From the IMG/VR virus record IMGVR_UViG_3300028888_005256: 64,000 bases of DNA; one strand, given 5' to 3'. This DNA comes from a virus (Duplodnaviria; Heunggongvirae; Uroviricota; Caudoviricetes). Shown here piece by piece: positions 9,570-18,820 of the stretch. The translations under genes and the position numbers were made by a program. How positions within the stretch are numbered: position 1 is the first letter of the stretch; every line of letters starts with the position of its first letter. The notes beneath the pieces were generated by a model. That model ran no database searches and was not told where the DNA came from. It saw nothing but the letters and a program-made list of their open reading frames with translations.

Positions 9570-10789
9570 TCTTGAATTATTCTCCTTTTCCTAGTAGTAG
9601 AATCATCAACTATGACTCTTCTCTTCTTTGTTTCAGTTTTCTTTAGTTCAGCAAGCTCTGTTACTTTCGCTTTAAGAAATTCTTCTGAAGTTTTGAACTG
9701 TCTTTCTCCTTCAAGCCATCTCATAGAACGAATTTCTTCTATAGACCGACCAGCTTTTACAGGAATGTCACCAACATCTTTTACGCCAATGTCTTTGTAT
9801 GGAGGAATGAGGAATCTCCAATTGCACTTTTCAAGTCTATCAGGACATAGTTCTTTCAATTTATTATAAAGTCGCAAAGCAGACTGGAATCCTGCCAAGT
9901 CGTTATCTACAATCTGTACAAAGCTGTCAAATTGAGACAAAAGATACACTTGTCTCTCTGCAAGAGATGCACCGAAAATAGCAGTAGAATTTTTCTCATT
10001 GAAGAATTTATCACTTCTAAGAACTGCTAAGTCCATCAAGCCCTCAACAAAATAGATTGTCTGAGTCTTGTCTAACTTTTCTAATTGATAGAGAGTACTT
10101 GTACTTGCGCCTATCGGATAAAGACACTTTTTATAGTCTACTTTCAAGCCTTCAGCTTTAATTCTTTTCTCAAAAGCATCTTCTCCTTCAATGTCTCTTG
10201 CCTCACAAGAAATCATTTTCCCATTCTCATAAATAGGAATAAGAAGTCGTTTTGAGAAATCTACTTGCTTCTTGAAATTATTCGGCTCTAAGGAATCGAA
10301 AGTTCTTGCAGAGATAGCATAAGACATTCTCATTCTGTCTGCAACTTTCAGAGGAATCTTTCTCTTATTAAGATACTCAATTGTTCTCTCATTTTTTGAT
10401 GCTGGCACTAAAGTTCCAGACAAGCCAATATGAACATCTGGAGTCTTAATTTTGTCAAGAGAGATTGCTTCTTGCACTTTTGTTTTGATAAAAAGACTTT
10501 TTAACAAAGAGGGCTCAGCTTCTTCTTGCTTTTCGTACGGAATGTCTAGTGCTCTATTTATTGAAATGCCTCTTAGCTCTTTGAAAAGAGCTCGTCCAGT
10601 TCCGTGCTTTCCGCAAGAGAAGCATTTGTAAATCAATCCGCCAGTTTCTACAATTTTCATTGAGCAGGACGGTTTATTGTCTCCGTGAAAAGGACAAGAA
10701 ACCATCTCTTTGTCACCAAATGAATATAGTCTTTTTCGATGAATACCCAAACGATTGAGTATTGCTTGTGATATCTCAAGCTCAGTCAT
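9566..10789 (-). CDS. DnaG-like DNA primase (zinc-binding plus Toprim domains)
   Basis: CHC2 zinc-finger CPFHGDNKPSCSM...KCFSCGKHG; Toprim signature YFVEGLMDL...IVDNDLAG. Confidence 0.75.
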   Translation of the reverse strand: MTELEISQAILNRLGIHRKRLYSFGDKEMVSCPFHGDNKPSCSMKIVETGGLIYKCFSCGKHGTGRALFKELRGISINRALDIPYEKQEEAEPSLLKSLFIKTKVQEAISLDKIKTPDVHIGLSGTLVPASKNERTIEYLNKRKIPLKVADRMRMSYAISARTFDSLEPNNFKKQVDFSKRLLIPIYENGKMISCEARDIEGEDAFEKRIKAEGLKVDYKKCLYPIGASTSTLYQLEKLDKTQTIYFVEGLMDLAVLRSDKFFNEKNSTAIFGASLAERQVYLLSQFDSFVQIVDNDLAGFQSALRLYNKLKELCPDRLEKCNWRFLIPPYKDIGVKDVGDIPVKAGRSIEEIRSMRWLEGERQFKTSEEFLKAKVTELAELKKTETKKRRVIVDDSTTRKRRIIQE

Positions 10790-10809
10790 ATTAAGTAAAA
10801 TTAACTCTT

Positions 10810-11289
10810 TTATCTAAAGCTATAATTCACAAATCCTGCACCTGTGCTTACATTTTTCTGTATTCCAGAATTTTTTATTCCTGCATTTTTATCAAAGAAA
10901 TCTTGGAAAACATTTCTCTTAAACTCATTTTCTTTATTTTTCTCTATAGACGCATGAAGCTCTTTTGCAATATCTGCAGGGTTTAGATGCTCATTTACTT
11001 TTGTTACATGAAGTCTCTGAACTGTCTTAGCGTATCTGTCTAATAAAAAATACTCTCCATAGACAGTGCAAGCATTCTGTACATAGCCAAGAATACTTTT
11101 GCCCATTACAGATTCTATCAAATTGTAAAATCTTTCTCGTTTCATTGAGAACTTCAAGTGACCCTCATCTACAATGACTCTTACATTATCTGTAGCTGGG
11201 TTTGGCTGAAAAATCAAAAAGTAAAAGTTCTTCGTAAGCTGCTCTAAAGATTGCTGTTCTGCAACAGGCAATTGCTGATTATTTTCCAT
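10810..11289 (-). CDS. hypothetical protein
   Basis: 159-aa ORF in the same operon as the primase. Confidence 0.45.
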   Translation of the reverse strand: MENNQQLPVAEQQSLEQLTKNFYFLIFQPNPATDNVRVIVDEGHLKFSMKRERFYNLIESVMGKSILGYVQNACTVYGEYFLLDRYAKTVQRLHVTKVNEHLNPADIAKELHASIEKNKENEFKRNVFQDFFDKNAGIKNSGIQKNVSTGAGFVNYSFR

Positions 11290-13138
11290 TTACAAAATCC
11301 TCCAAAGCTGCATTGTCTCCATAATAAGCTTTCTTTACAATTTGAGAAGCAAACTGAAGATCAGCATTCAAATCGAATACTTTGTTGCAGAAAAACTCAT
11401 CATAGACATTTCCACAATAAAGGCCCTTTCTTGTGTTCTTTACACATATAATGAGCTCAAGCAATGACTCCCAGAAAAATACTAATGAAGAAGAGTCATT
11501 TCCGCAAAGCTCATGAACTGCTTTATAAATTCCAGTCCAGAATGCAATTTTCTGTTTTCCGTCATTTGAGTTAGACCATTTGCTTGAAAGCAAGAAGCTA
11601 TCATCATTTATGAAAACATAGGGAAATGCTTCACAGTTTTCATCTTTAGCAGCTTCTGCAGCGTAAGACATTCTCATTGCAGTTAAAAATTTGCCAAGAG
11701 ACTTAGAGAAATGTGCCCTCAAGAACATTATTTTCATCGCATCTCTTGAAATTTTCTGGCCTGTCTCGCTAAAAACTCTATCAGACATCATAGTGTAAAT
11801 GTCTTCTTGTTTGAAGTCATTGTCTGTGCTCAAAAATCTAAGCAAATTTGGTATCATCGATGATACATCTTGTCTAAAGCAGAGATTATTGTCTTCTACA
11901 ATTTTTTCTCGAGTACCATCTTCGTCTGAAGAAGAACATATATTCGACCAGATTCTGCAAGAGTACTTATTCTTCTTTATATGCAGATTCATTCGTTTAT
12001 GGAACTCATCTACTGGGACTGAATTATTGTACTCATCAATAAGCTTAAATGCTAAATCACTTGCTTTATTTGTTTTCTGCGAAAAAGCTACTTTCAACAA
12101 TTTTACAGAAGCACTTTTTACGCTTGCGTCATCTTCTATATCGCATTCTTTAAGGATATTTTTAATATCTGTAAATGCATCTGATTTTTTAGCTTCTTTG
12201 ACATTTGAGTCAGACAATAGAAGAGAAAGACAACAGTTAACTGCATTGTCTAGAGACTTCTTAGCAGAAATCTTTGCAAAAATGTCTTTGTCATTAGAGA
12301 AAAATGACTCTATTTTCTTAGAGGGCTTAAAATTAGAGTAATGAACAAGATCGAAGTTTCTGTCTTGCATTCTTCTTACAAATGATCTAGAGTTGCTTGC
12401 ATTTTTCTTATCGTACAATTCCTCAAAATCTTCTTTGCCAAGCAAGCCCTTGATTGCTTTCAAATTGAGAAGATACGCTGTAGCATAGCTTGCTTTTTTA
12501 TTTACAGAATCGAAACGATAATTCTTGCGTACTTCAAATGTCTGTCTGTCAATATAAGTATTTGGGACTACAAGACCCTCTTCTGCAAGCACATCTACTA
12601 AGCGAGTAAGAGACCTCAAGCCTAAATCAAAATTGTATCGTTCTTTGAGAAAATCAAGAGTAAAATTCGTAAAGCAACAATAGAAAGTGCGTCTATCTAG
12701 ATTCCTCTTAGAATACTTGCCTTCAGTGTCTTTTGCAAGCAAATAGCTCGTCTTGATAAGAGCTTTTATTTGATCCCACTTCTCATTTCTCTTATACTTA
12801 AAGTGGCTTAAAATATTGTCTTTCAATACATTAGGGCTTATTTTAAGTGATCTCAAATATGCATCGGATCTCTCAATTTTAAGACGAGTTCCCTTTGAAC
12901 TATACGCATTTCTCATCTTAAAGCCAAAATTGTAGTAAGTGACAACATCTTGACGAGAAGCTTGCTTTTCTATAATTTTTTGACGAGCATCATTTATTTT
13001 TTGCATGTAAGAAATTCTTTTTGCTCTTGATTTCTGTGCATGCTCATAAAAAGGAATAAAATCTTCAGTAAATACTTTTCTGTCTAAAAGGCTTTGAAGA
13101 AGTGAGTTGTTATGTGATGTACTAGATATATAGGTCAT
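11279..13138 (-). CDS. hypothetical large protein (619 aa); possible replication-associated protein
   Basis: ATG at 13138; three tandem conserved elements lie in its upstream region and the primase lies downstream in the same orientation. No catalytic motif recognised. Confidence 0.5.
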   Translation of the reverse strand: MTYISSTSHNNSLLQSLLDRKVFTEDFIPFYEHAQKSRAKRISYMQKINDARQKIIEKQASRQDVVTYYNFGFKMRNAYSSKGTRLKIERSDAYLRSLKISPNVLKDNILSHFKYKRNEKWDQIKALIKTSYLLAKDTEGKYSKRNLDRRTFYCCFTNFTLDFLKERYNFDLGLRSLTRLVDVLAEEGLVVPNTYIDRQTFEVRKNYRFDSVNKKASYATAYLLNLKAIKGLLGKEDFEELYDKKNASNSRSFVRRMQDRNFDLVHYSNFKPSKKIESFFSNDKDIFAKISAKKSLDNAVNCCLSLLLSDSNVKEAKKSDAFTDIKNILKECDIEDDASVKSASVKLLKVAFSQKTNKASDLAFKLIDEYNNSVPVDEFHKRMNLHIKKNKYSCRIWSNICSSSDEDGTREKIVEDNNLCFRQDVSSMIPNLLRFLSTDNDFKQEDIYTMMSDRVFSETGQKISRDAMKIMFLRAHFSKSLGKFLTAMRMSYAAEAAKDENCEAFPYVFINDDSFLLSSKWSNSNDGKQKIAFWTGIYKAVHELCGNDSSSLVFFWESLLELIICVKNTRKGLYCGNVYDEFFCNKVFDLNADLQFASQIVKKAYYGDNAALEDFVNGK

Positions 13139-13171
13139 TCAATAATTCCTGGTTATTGTTTGATTTAGAGG

Positions 13172-13205
13172 AAAACCAGTATTTTGAGGGTACTGGTTTT
13201 TCTTG
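13172..13205. promoter_or_regulatory. stable hairpin in the leader of gene 11279-13138
   Basis: AAAACCAGTA-ttttgaggg-TACTGGTTTT flanked by T-runs; lies between the upstream repeat elements and the start codon. Confidence 0.35.
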
Positions 13206-13266
13206 TCTTTAAATTAGTACTAAATCGAAAATACTTAAAAATATTAACAGAAATCTCATCTTAAAA

Positions 13267-13359
13267 AATTTAAATTAATAATTAATAGCGAATATCCTTC
13301 TGCTCCCCCCTCCCCACCAATCTATGCGTACTCGTGGCCATTAATAGTTGACGAATTCG
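13267..13359 (+). repeat. conserved bipartite intergenic element, copy 1 (L-box 24-mer, 48-nt C-rich core, R-box 22-mer)
   Basis: L-box AAATTTAAATTAATAATTAATAGC at 13267-13289 and R-box CCATTAATAGTTGACGAATTCG at 13338-13359; core contains CTGCTCCCCCCTCCCCACC. Confidence 0.85.
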
Positions 13360-13395
13360 TGATATTAGTGGTATCAGTTTTCTTAAAAAGAAATA

Positions 13396-13483
13396 AATTT
13401 AAATTAATAATTAATAGCTATACTCGCAGCAGCCTACTGCTCTGCAATCAGTGAGCGGAGCCCCATTAATAGTTGACGAATTC
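13396..13483 (+). repeat. conserved bipartite intergenic element, copy 2
   Basis: Identical L-box; R-box variant ending AATTCA; core TATACTCGCAGCAGCCTACTGCTCTGCAATCAGTGAGCGGAGCC. Confidence 0.85.
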
Positions 13484-13535
13484 AAGAATAAAAAAACACT
13501 CTACAGTAAAAATTCTTTAAAAATTAATTAATAAA

Positions 13536-13626
13536 AATTTAAATTAATAATTAATAGCTAGCTATCCCCCCCCTGCACCCTCTTCCCACTAGTGCTGATC
13601 GTCCCCATTAATAGTTGACGAATTCG
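13536..13626 (+). repeat. conserved bipartite intergenic element, copy 3
   Basis: Identical L-box and R-box; core contains ATCCCCCCCCTGCACCCTCTTCCCAC and ends TGCTGATCGTCC. Confidence 0.85.
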
Positions 13627-13657
13627 TTTTAAGAGACTGAGATGTTAATATAAATAA

Positions 13658-13999
13658 ATGTTCAAAGAGTACTTTTCAAAATATGTAGCTCTCAAAGAAT
13701 CTTTTCCTGTAAGGCTTATAGATGTCGAAGACAACAAGATTTACTGTCCATATTGCAAGCAAGAACTAAAGCCAGTTGGTCCGGGCTCAAAATGTGATTG
13801 CCAGGATTCTCTTAGAATCGAAGATGCTATTAAAGAGTCTCAGATGATTACAGAAGAGTACAAAAATAAGCTTGAAGCTGTAAAAGCAAAAGTAAGCGAT
13901 TGTATGAGAAATTCTTTTATTAGAGATTTTCTTTGGTACAAATATTCAGTAGACGAAAAAGCACAATTCTTTGCTGAAGCAGAGAAAGAAGGCTTTTAA
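13658..13999 (+). CDS. hypothetical zinc-ribbon protein
   Basis: CPYCKQ...C.C motif; no clear SD; sits immediately upstream of the chaperonin gene. Confidence 0.4.
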   Translation: MFKEYFSKYVALKESFPVRLIDVEDNKIYCPYCKQELKPVGPGSKCDCQDSLRIEDAIKESQMITEEYKNKLEAVKAKVSDCMRNSFIRDFLWYKYSVDEKAQFFAEAEKEGF

Positions 14000-14016
14000 G
14001 AGATATAGGAGATATA

Positions 14017-15687
14017 ATGTCGGCGAAAGAATTTTTATTTGGTGAAGCTGCAAGAAAGCGAATGCTTGAGGGCATCAATCAGCTTGATAGAATAGTCACT
14101 TGCACACTTGGTCCTTCTGGACGAAATGTTCTTATTAGTAAAGGGACTGCTCACCCTGTCATTACAAAAGACGGTGTTTCAGTAGCAAGAGAAGTTGATT
14201 TTGATGACCCTTACATGAAAGCTGGCTCAGATACAATCAAAGAAGCTGCAGAAAGAACAAACACAATGGCTGGTGATGGAACGACAACTACAATTCTTTT
14301 GAGCTCAGAATTGTCTCGTCAGGGTGTAAAGCTTATTTCTTCTGGATTTGACCCTATTGAAGTCCAGAAAGGCTTTGATGCAGCTTGCAATCTCGTTCTT
14401 GAAGAACTCGACAGTTTTAAGATTCCTGTAGAGTCTGGCGAAGACATTGAGCATGTAGCATTTGTCTCAGGAAACAATGATAAAGAAGTAGCAGCAATTG
14501 TTCGTGAAGCTTTTGAAGGTGTTGGTGACGGTGGCGTAGTAAATCTTGATACTTCACAGTCTAAGACAGGCAGAACATTTGTAAGATTCACTGATGGTAT
14601 GTCTTTTGGCAAAGGTATCAATGGCGGTGCTTATGTTACAGATTTGAAGAAAGAATCTTTTGAAGCAGACAATCCTCGTGTATTGCTCTCAAATTACACT
14701 CTTACTTCTAAAGAGATTCAGACAGAATTATCGAATGCATACAAAGACAAAGTGCCACTTGTAATTATTGCTCCTCACATTTCAGAGCAGGGTGAGACTG
14801 CTATGATTATGCAGGCAAAAAAGAAAACTGTCACTTGTGCACAGATCATTCCACCAGGAAACTCTCTTTATGAAGTTCAGGAAAAGATGAAAGACCTCGC
14901 TGCTATTCTTGGTTGTAAAGTGATTGAATCAGCTGATGATTTGTTTGAGTACAAATACGGTACTTGTGACCATATCTCATCAACACTTTACAAAACTGTC
15001 ATCTCAGGTTCTCATGGTACTGAAGAGCTCATCAATGAACGTGTAGAAGACCTCAAGAAACAGATTGAGAACGGCACTGCAGAAGACGTTGAAGTCGGAA
15101 TGTCTGAAGCAGAGATTAAAGCAATCAAAGAACGAATTGCAGCTCTTACAGGCGGTATCGCAATTATTTGCATCGGCGGAAACTCTGAAACTCGTGTAAA
15201 AGAGCTTAAAGACCGCTATGAAGACGCTATTCGAGCAGTAGAGTCTGCTATTGAAGAAGGCATTGTACCTGGTGGTGGATGTGCTCTTCTTAAAGCTGGT
15301 GCAAAAGTACGAAAAGAAGCAGCTTTGCAGGATGTGACAAGAGATTTTGAAGCTGGATTTGAAGCATTCTTGAAAGCTTGTAGAAAGCCTGTTACAAGAA
15401 TCATTTCTTCAATTTCAGATGATTACTCATACATCATTTCTAAGATCGAAAATGAAGCAGGCAAAAACTTCGGCTACAATGCAAAAACTCAAGAGTATGA
15501 AGAAGACATGATTGCTGCTGGAATTGTAGATCCGCTCAAAGTTACAAAATGGGCATTGAAAAATTCTACAGCAGTAGCTGGTATTTTCATTACTACAGAA
15601 TGTGCAATCGTTCCATCAGCAAGAAATGTTTCAGTTGAGCCAATTGACCCACTGAAAGATAGAAATTTCGGTATTGAGGGCATCTAA
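14017..15687 (+). CDS. groEL: GroEL/Cpn60-family chaperonin
   Basis: Matches GroEL along its length from memory of the E. coli protein (ITKDGVSVAREV, AGDGTTTT, TLGPSGRNV). GGAGATATA SD. Lacks the C-terminal GGM tail. No GroES-like gene adjacent. Confidence 0.9.
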   Translation: MSAKEFLFGEAARKRMLEGINQLDRIVTCTLGPSGRNVLISKGTAHPVITKDGVSVAREVDFDDPYMKAGSDTIKEAAERTNTMAGDGTTTTILLSSELSRQGVKLISSGFDPIEVQKGFDAACNLVLEELDSFKIPVESGEDIEHVAFVSGNNDKEVAAIVREAFEGVGDGGVVNLDTSQSKTGRTFVRFTDGMSFGKGINGGAYVTDLKKESFEADNPRVLLSNYTLTSKEIQTELSNAYKDKVPLVIIAPHISEQGETAMIMQAKKKTVTCAQIIPPGNSLYEVQEKMKDLAAILGCKVIESADDLFEYKYGTCDHISSTLYKTVISGSHGTEELINERVEDLKKQIENGTAEDVEVGMSEAEIKAIKERIAALTGGIAIICIGGNSETRVKELKDRYEDAIRAVESAIEEGIVPGGGCALLKAGAKVRKEAALQDVTRDFEAGFEAFLKACRKPVTRIISSISDDYSYIISKIENEAGKNFGYNAKTQEYEEDMIAAGIVDPLKVTKWALKNSTAVAGIFITTECAIVPSARNVSVEPIDPLKDRNFGIEGI

Positions 15688-15689
15688 TC

Positions 15690-16025
15690 ATGGCAGACTT
15701 CTTTGACAAAAGCGGAAAGTTCAAGACTCAAGGCTCTTCTAAGAAGTCTGCAGCTATGCCAGATGGTCTCTGGCAAGCTGTTGTAGTCTTCAATGACAAA
15801 GTGAGATTTGGATTCAAGAAAAAAAGTCTTGCGTATCCATTCTATTGTCCAGTAGTTTTCTTTACAAAAGAAGATGCTCTTCACTACTTTCCAAAATTCC
15901 TAGATGATCTTGTAAAAAGTGGAGACATCCCGCAGGATGCAGTAGCTGGCAAAATTGATGAATCAAGAATCAAAACATTAGTTCAGAAGCTTACTATCGG
16001 ACTACTGGAGAGAACAGATGGTTAG
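15690..16025 (+). CDS. hypothetical protein
   Basis: Start 2 nt after the groEL stop (coupled); 111 aa. Confidence 0.5.
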   Translation: MADFFDKSGKFKTQGSSKKSAAMPDGLWQAVVVFNDKVRFGFKKKSLAYPFYCPVVFFTKEDALHYFPKFLDDLVKSGDIPQDAVAGKIDESRIKTLVQKLTIGLLERTDG

Positions 16026-16380
16026 TCGTCTTATCATCACTTTTGGTTATGTAGCTGGAATCTCAGCAGTAGTAAGCGCAATTGTTGCAATTCTCACGAA
16101 TTTCTCTATTGGCTTAGTTTTGTATCTTGCATTGAATATCTCATTAGACCTCTTCTTTGCAAGACTATTCTTCAAAATTAAAGAAAAATATGAAGCTCTT
16201 GAAGTTGAAAACAAAGAGCATGAAGAATGGGCAAAAGAGAATAATAAAGAGTATGCGTCTCTTTCTGAAGAAGAAATGAAAAATTTCAAAAAGAAAGGCT
16301 TTATAATTCTTAAAAGTGGAAAGACAATTTTTTATAAGGATGTGAAACAGACATGGCATTCAAAGAAAGAAAACTCATAG
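16018..16380 (+). CDS. hypothetical membrane protein
   Basis: GAGAGAA SD; N-terminal hydrophobic helices followed by a charged tail. Confidence 0.45.
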   Translation: MVSRLIITFGYVAGISAVVSAIVAILTNFSIGLVLYLALNISLDLFFARLFFKIKEKYEALEVENKEHEEWAKENNKEYASLSEEEMKNFKKKGFIILKSGKTIFYKDVKQTWHSKKENS

Positions 16381-16646
16381 AAATCCCTGAAGGAAAAGAG
16401 ATTAAAGAGTATCGTCTTATTTGTAAAAAGCATGGAGATGTCTCTGAAGGTACTGTTGCTTTTGAGTACAATGAGACAGATAAAGACGATAAAGTCACAG
16501 TAAAAAGAGCTGTATATTGTCTTGCTTGCATTAACGAATTTCTTCAGAGTCTTCAGAAAGAAGGCAAGCTCAGTACAATTGGAGTGCTTCCTGTGCTTGT
16601 AGACAAAAACTCTAATGAAGACAAGAAAGAAGAACCTAGCAACTAA
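16353..16646 (+). CDS. hypothetical protein
   Basis: 97-aa ORF overlapping the previous gene end; weak RBS. Confidence 0.35.
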   Translation: MAFKERKLIEIPEGKEIKEYRLICKKHGDVSEGTVAFEYNETDKDDKVTVKRAVYCLACINEFLQSLQKEGKLSTIGVLPVLVDKNSNEDKKEEPSN

Positions 16647-16660
16647 TTTCATAATTCAAT

Positions 16661-18820
16661 ATGAGCAATACGTATTTTTCAGGAAAAAAGCCTATTAGTG
16701 CTATATTGCAGTCTTCCTTTGTTGGAAGACTTTCTTCTCTCTTTGGCTATAGAGCTGTTGATAAGACTACAGCTAAGACGGAGTTAGGCAAACAGTACGG
16801 ATTAGACTTTGTAAGAGTAGATCTAGACAATCAGAGCTATAGATTAAAGAATGCTTCAGTCGGCTCTATATTTGATTCAGAGCAGCTTTCACAGCCTTTA
16901 AGCAGACTATTCAGAGCATATCTTGATGATACTACTTTTTCTTATGACGATGTCATTGACCGACAAAAGCGACTTAATGAGCTTACTTTCTTGTGTGATA
17001 ACAACTTCTTTGCAAGACGAGTAGTAGAACTTGTCGGTAATGAAGCTACTCAAGTAGCAAGTCAGAATCGTCTTATTTCATGTGAATCACCTAATCTGAA
17101 TTTTGTAAATAGAGTTTATGAGCTCCTGTCTCTTTGGGGCATAACTCCTCCAAGAATTCAAGCTGTTTTTAGAGACCTCGAGGAATACGGTGAGCATTTC
17201 TGGACTCACAAAATTGGTCTTGGCGGAATTGAGAAGATTATGCCAATCGGTGTCAATTCTGTAGTTGAGAGACTTGAGTTTAATCCAGTCCACATGAGTC
17301 AGTATCTTGCTCAAAGAGATGGCTATCTTGCTAATGACAAGAATAGAGCTGGAAAAATTGCTAAACTTGTAGATCAGCTTTTAAGTGAATCAGCTCTTGA
17401 CACATCTGAAAATGTAGCAGATTACTATGATACAAAACTGTTAGGCTACGAGCTTGAGGGCCAGATTATGGCTCCGCCGTGGACAGTAACTCACTTTAGA
17501 GTTGATGCTGACGCAGCCTCTGATGAGTTCTATCCGTACGGAAGACCGCCTCTTCTTGGCTGTCTTACACCTTTTAAGCAAGCATTCTCTGCTGCAACAT
17601 TGCAAGCTCTTGCAAGACAGATGTCATTCCCTGTAACTGTCTATTCAGTAAAAGGTACAGAGGGATTAGGACCAGACCTTGCATTTGAGACTCTTAACAA
17701 TGTTCGTCAAGGCTATGATAATATTGGCGTATCTCCTGCTACTGTGGGCTCAGAGATGTACACTGTCAATACTAAGCTTTGGGTTCCAGAAGGTCTTCTT
17801 TCAGTTGATGTGAAATCTGCAAAATGCGACATAGACTTCATTGAAGACATTAAGATGTACAATGACCATGTTGCAATTGCTGCTGGCGTTCCTAAAGCAT
17901 ATCTTGACCAAGAGTACGGTGGGTTCGGTAACTCAGGCGTATCTTTAAAAGAGCAGTGGAAGCCTTTCAACGATCATATTTATAAATTGCAAACAGTCTT
18001 CTTGCAGGGTCTTGGAGAACTTATTCGTCTTCATTTTGCAATTACTGGTGAGTTTGACTATAACACACCATTCTTGCTTTCTATGCGTTTCCCGATTGAA
18101 GAAATGTCCGATGACAAGAGAAATGCTAGAAAAGACTCTCTTGAGATGGTTAGCTCTATTGTAGAGCTATTGCAAACATCTCTTGGCTTGGAAGATGATG
18201 AAGCACTTCCTGAAGACGTAATGGTTGACATTCTCTCTAAGTACTCATTCCTTGATCCAACTGATATTCAAAGATGGATGCGATTGTCAAGCTATCTTAA
18301 GCCTGTTAAGAGCTCTAGTGATGAAGAGGGCGGCGATGAAGATGCCGACTTTGGCTTTGACGATCTTGGTGGTGATGATGGCGGAGCTGCTGATGACTCT
18401 GCTGATGCTCTTCCAGAAAGCTTAAATGTTGCTGATAGAAAACGACTTATCGAAAGACAAGCTCGTATGAAAGAAGCAAAACGACAAAGACTCAAAGAAA
18501 TTCGTTCAAAATATAGAGAGACTAAGAATCAGATTTACTTTCACTTCCTTGAAGCAAATCATCTTACAGAATTCAAAAATGCTTCAAAAGCAGAGCATAG
18601 TTTGATGATTGAGCCAGTAAGAGAAAATTCTCTTATGTACGAAGCAGTAAAAGCTCTTACTTCTGGAAAGAATGATGCAGGCTCAAAAAAACGATTGAAT
18701 GAAGGTCTTTCTCTTTCTGTTGCAAATCTTACTAATGAGCTAGAGATGGACGTTATTGGTGAAGACGAGATAGCAAGAGAGAATGAAGTCTCTGAAGAAA
18801 TCAAGGGAGCTATTGCATGA
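16661..18820 (+). CDS. putative portal protein
   Basis: 719 aa, immediately upstream of the terminase block, acidic Asp/Glu/Gly-rich C-terminal tail. Size and position are consistent with a portal; no diagnostic motif, so this is inference. Confidence 0.4.
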   Translation: MSNTYFSGKKPISAILQSSFVGRLSSLFGYRAVDKTTAKTELGKQYGLDFVRVDLDNQSYRLKNASVGSIFDSEQLSQPLSRLFRAYLDDTTFSYDDVIDRQKRLNELTFLCDNNFFARRVVELVGNEATQVASQNRLISCESPNLNFVNRVYELLSLWGITPPRIQAVFRDLEEYGEHFWTHKIGLGGIEKIMPIGVNSVVERLEFNPVHMSQYLAQRDGYLANDKNRAGKIAKLVDQLLSESALDTSENVADYYDTKLLGYELEGQIMAPPWTVTHFRVDADAASDEFYPYGRPPLLGCLTPFKQAFSAATLQALARQMSFPVTVYSVKGTEGLGPDLAFETLNNVRQGYDNIGVSPATVGSEMYTVNTKLWVPEGLLSVDVKSAKCDIDFIEDIKMYNDHVAIAAGVPKAYLDQEYGGFGNSGVSLKEQWKPFNDHIYKLQTVFLQGLGELIRLHFAITGEFDYNTPFLLSMRFPIEEMSDDKRNARKDSLEMVSSIVELLQTSLGLEDDEALPEDVMVDILSKYSFLDPTDIQRWMRLSSYLKPVKSSSDEEGGDEDADFGFDDLGGDDGGAADDSADALPESLNVADRKRLIERQARMKEAKRQRLKEIRSKYRETKNQIYFHFLEANHLTEFKNASKAEHSLMIEPVRENSLMYEAVKALTSGKNDAGSKKRLNEGLSLSVANLTNELEMDVIGEDEIARENEVSEEIKGAIA

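Noticed and set aside
13338-13359. R-box TTGACG as a sigma70 -35 hexamer for the rightward gene
   Set aside because: In none of the six copies is there a TATAAT-like hexamer at 16-18 nt spacing. The consistent orientation instead ties the element to the gene on the L-box side.
13267-13626. Possible CRISPR mini-array (repeat-spacer-repeat units)
   Set aside because: The two conserved flanks of each unit are different sequences (24-mer versus 22-mer) sharing only the 8-mer ATTAATAG, so there is no true direct repeat of CRISPR length. No cas genes and no leader/repeat periodicity.
13658-13999. 113-aa ORF upstream of groEL as a GroES co-chaperonin
   Set aside because: Zinc-ribbon CxxC...C.C protein with no resemblance to the GroES mobile loop or beta-barrel sequence pattern.
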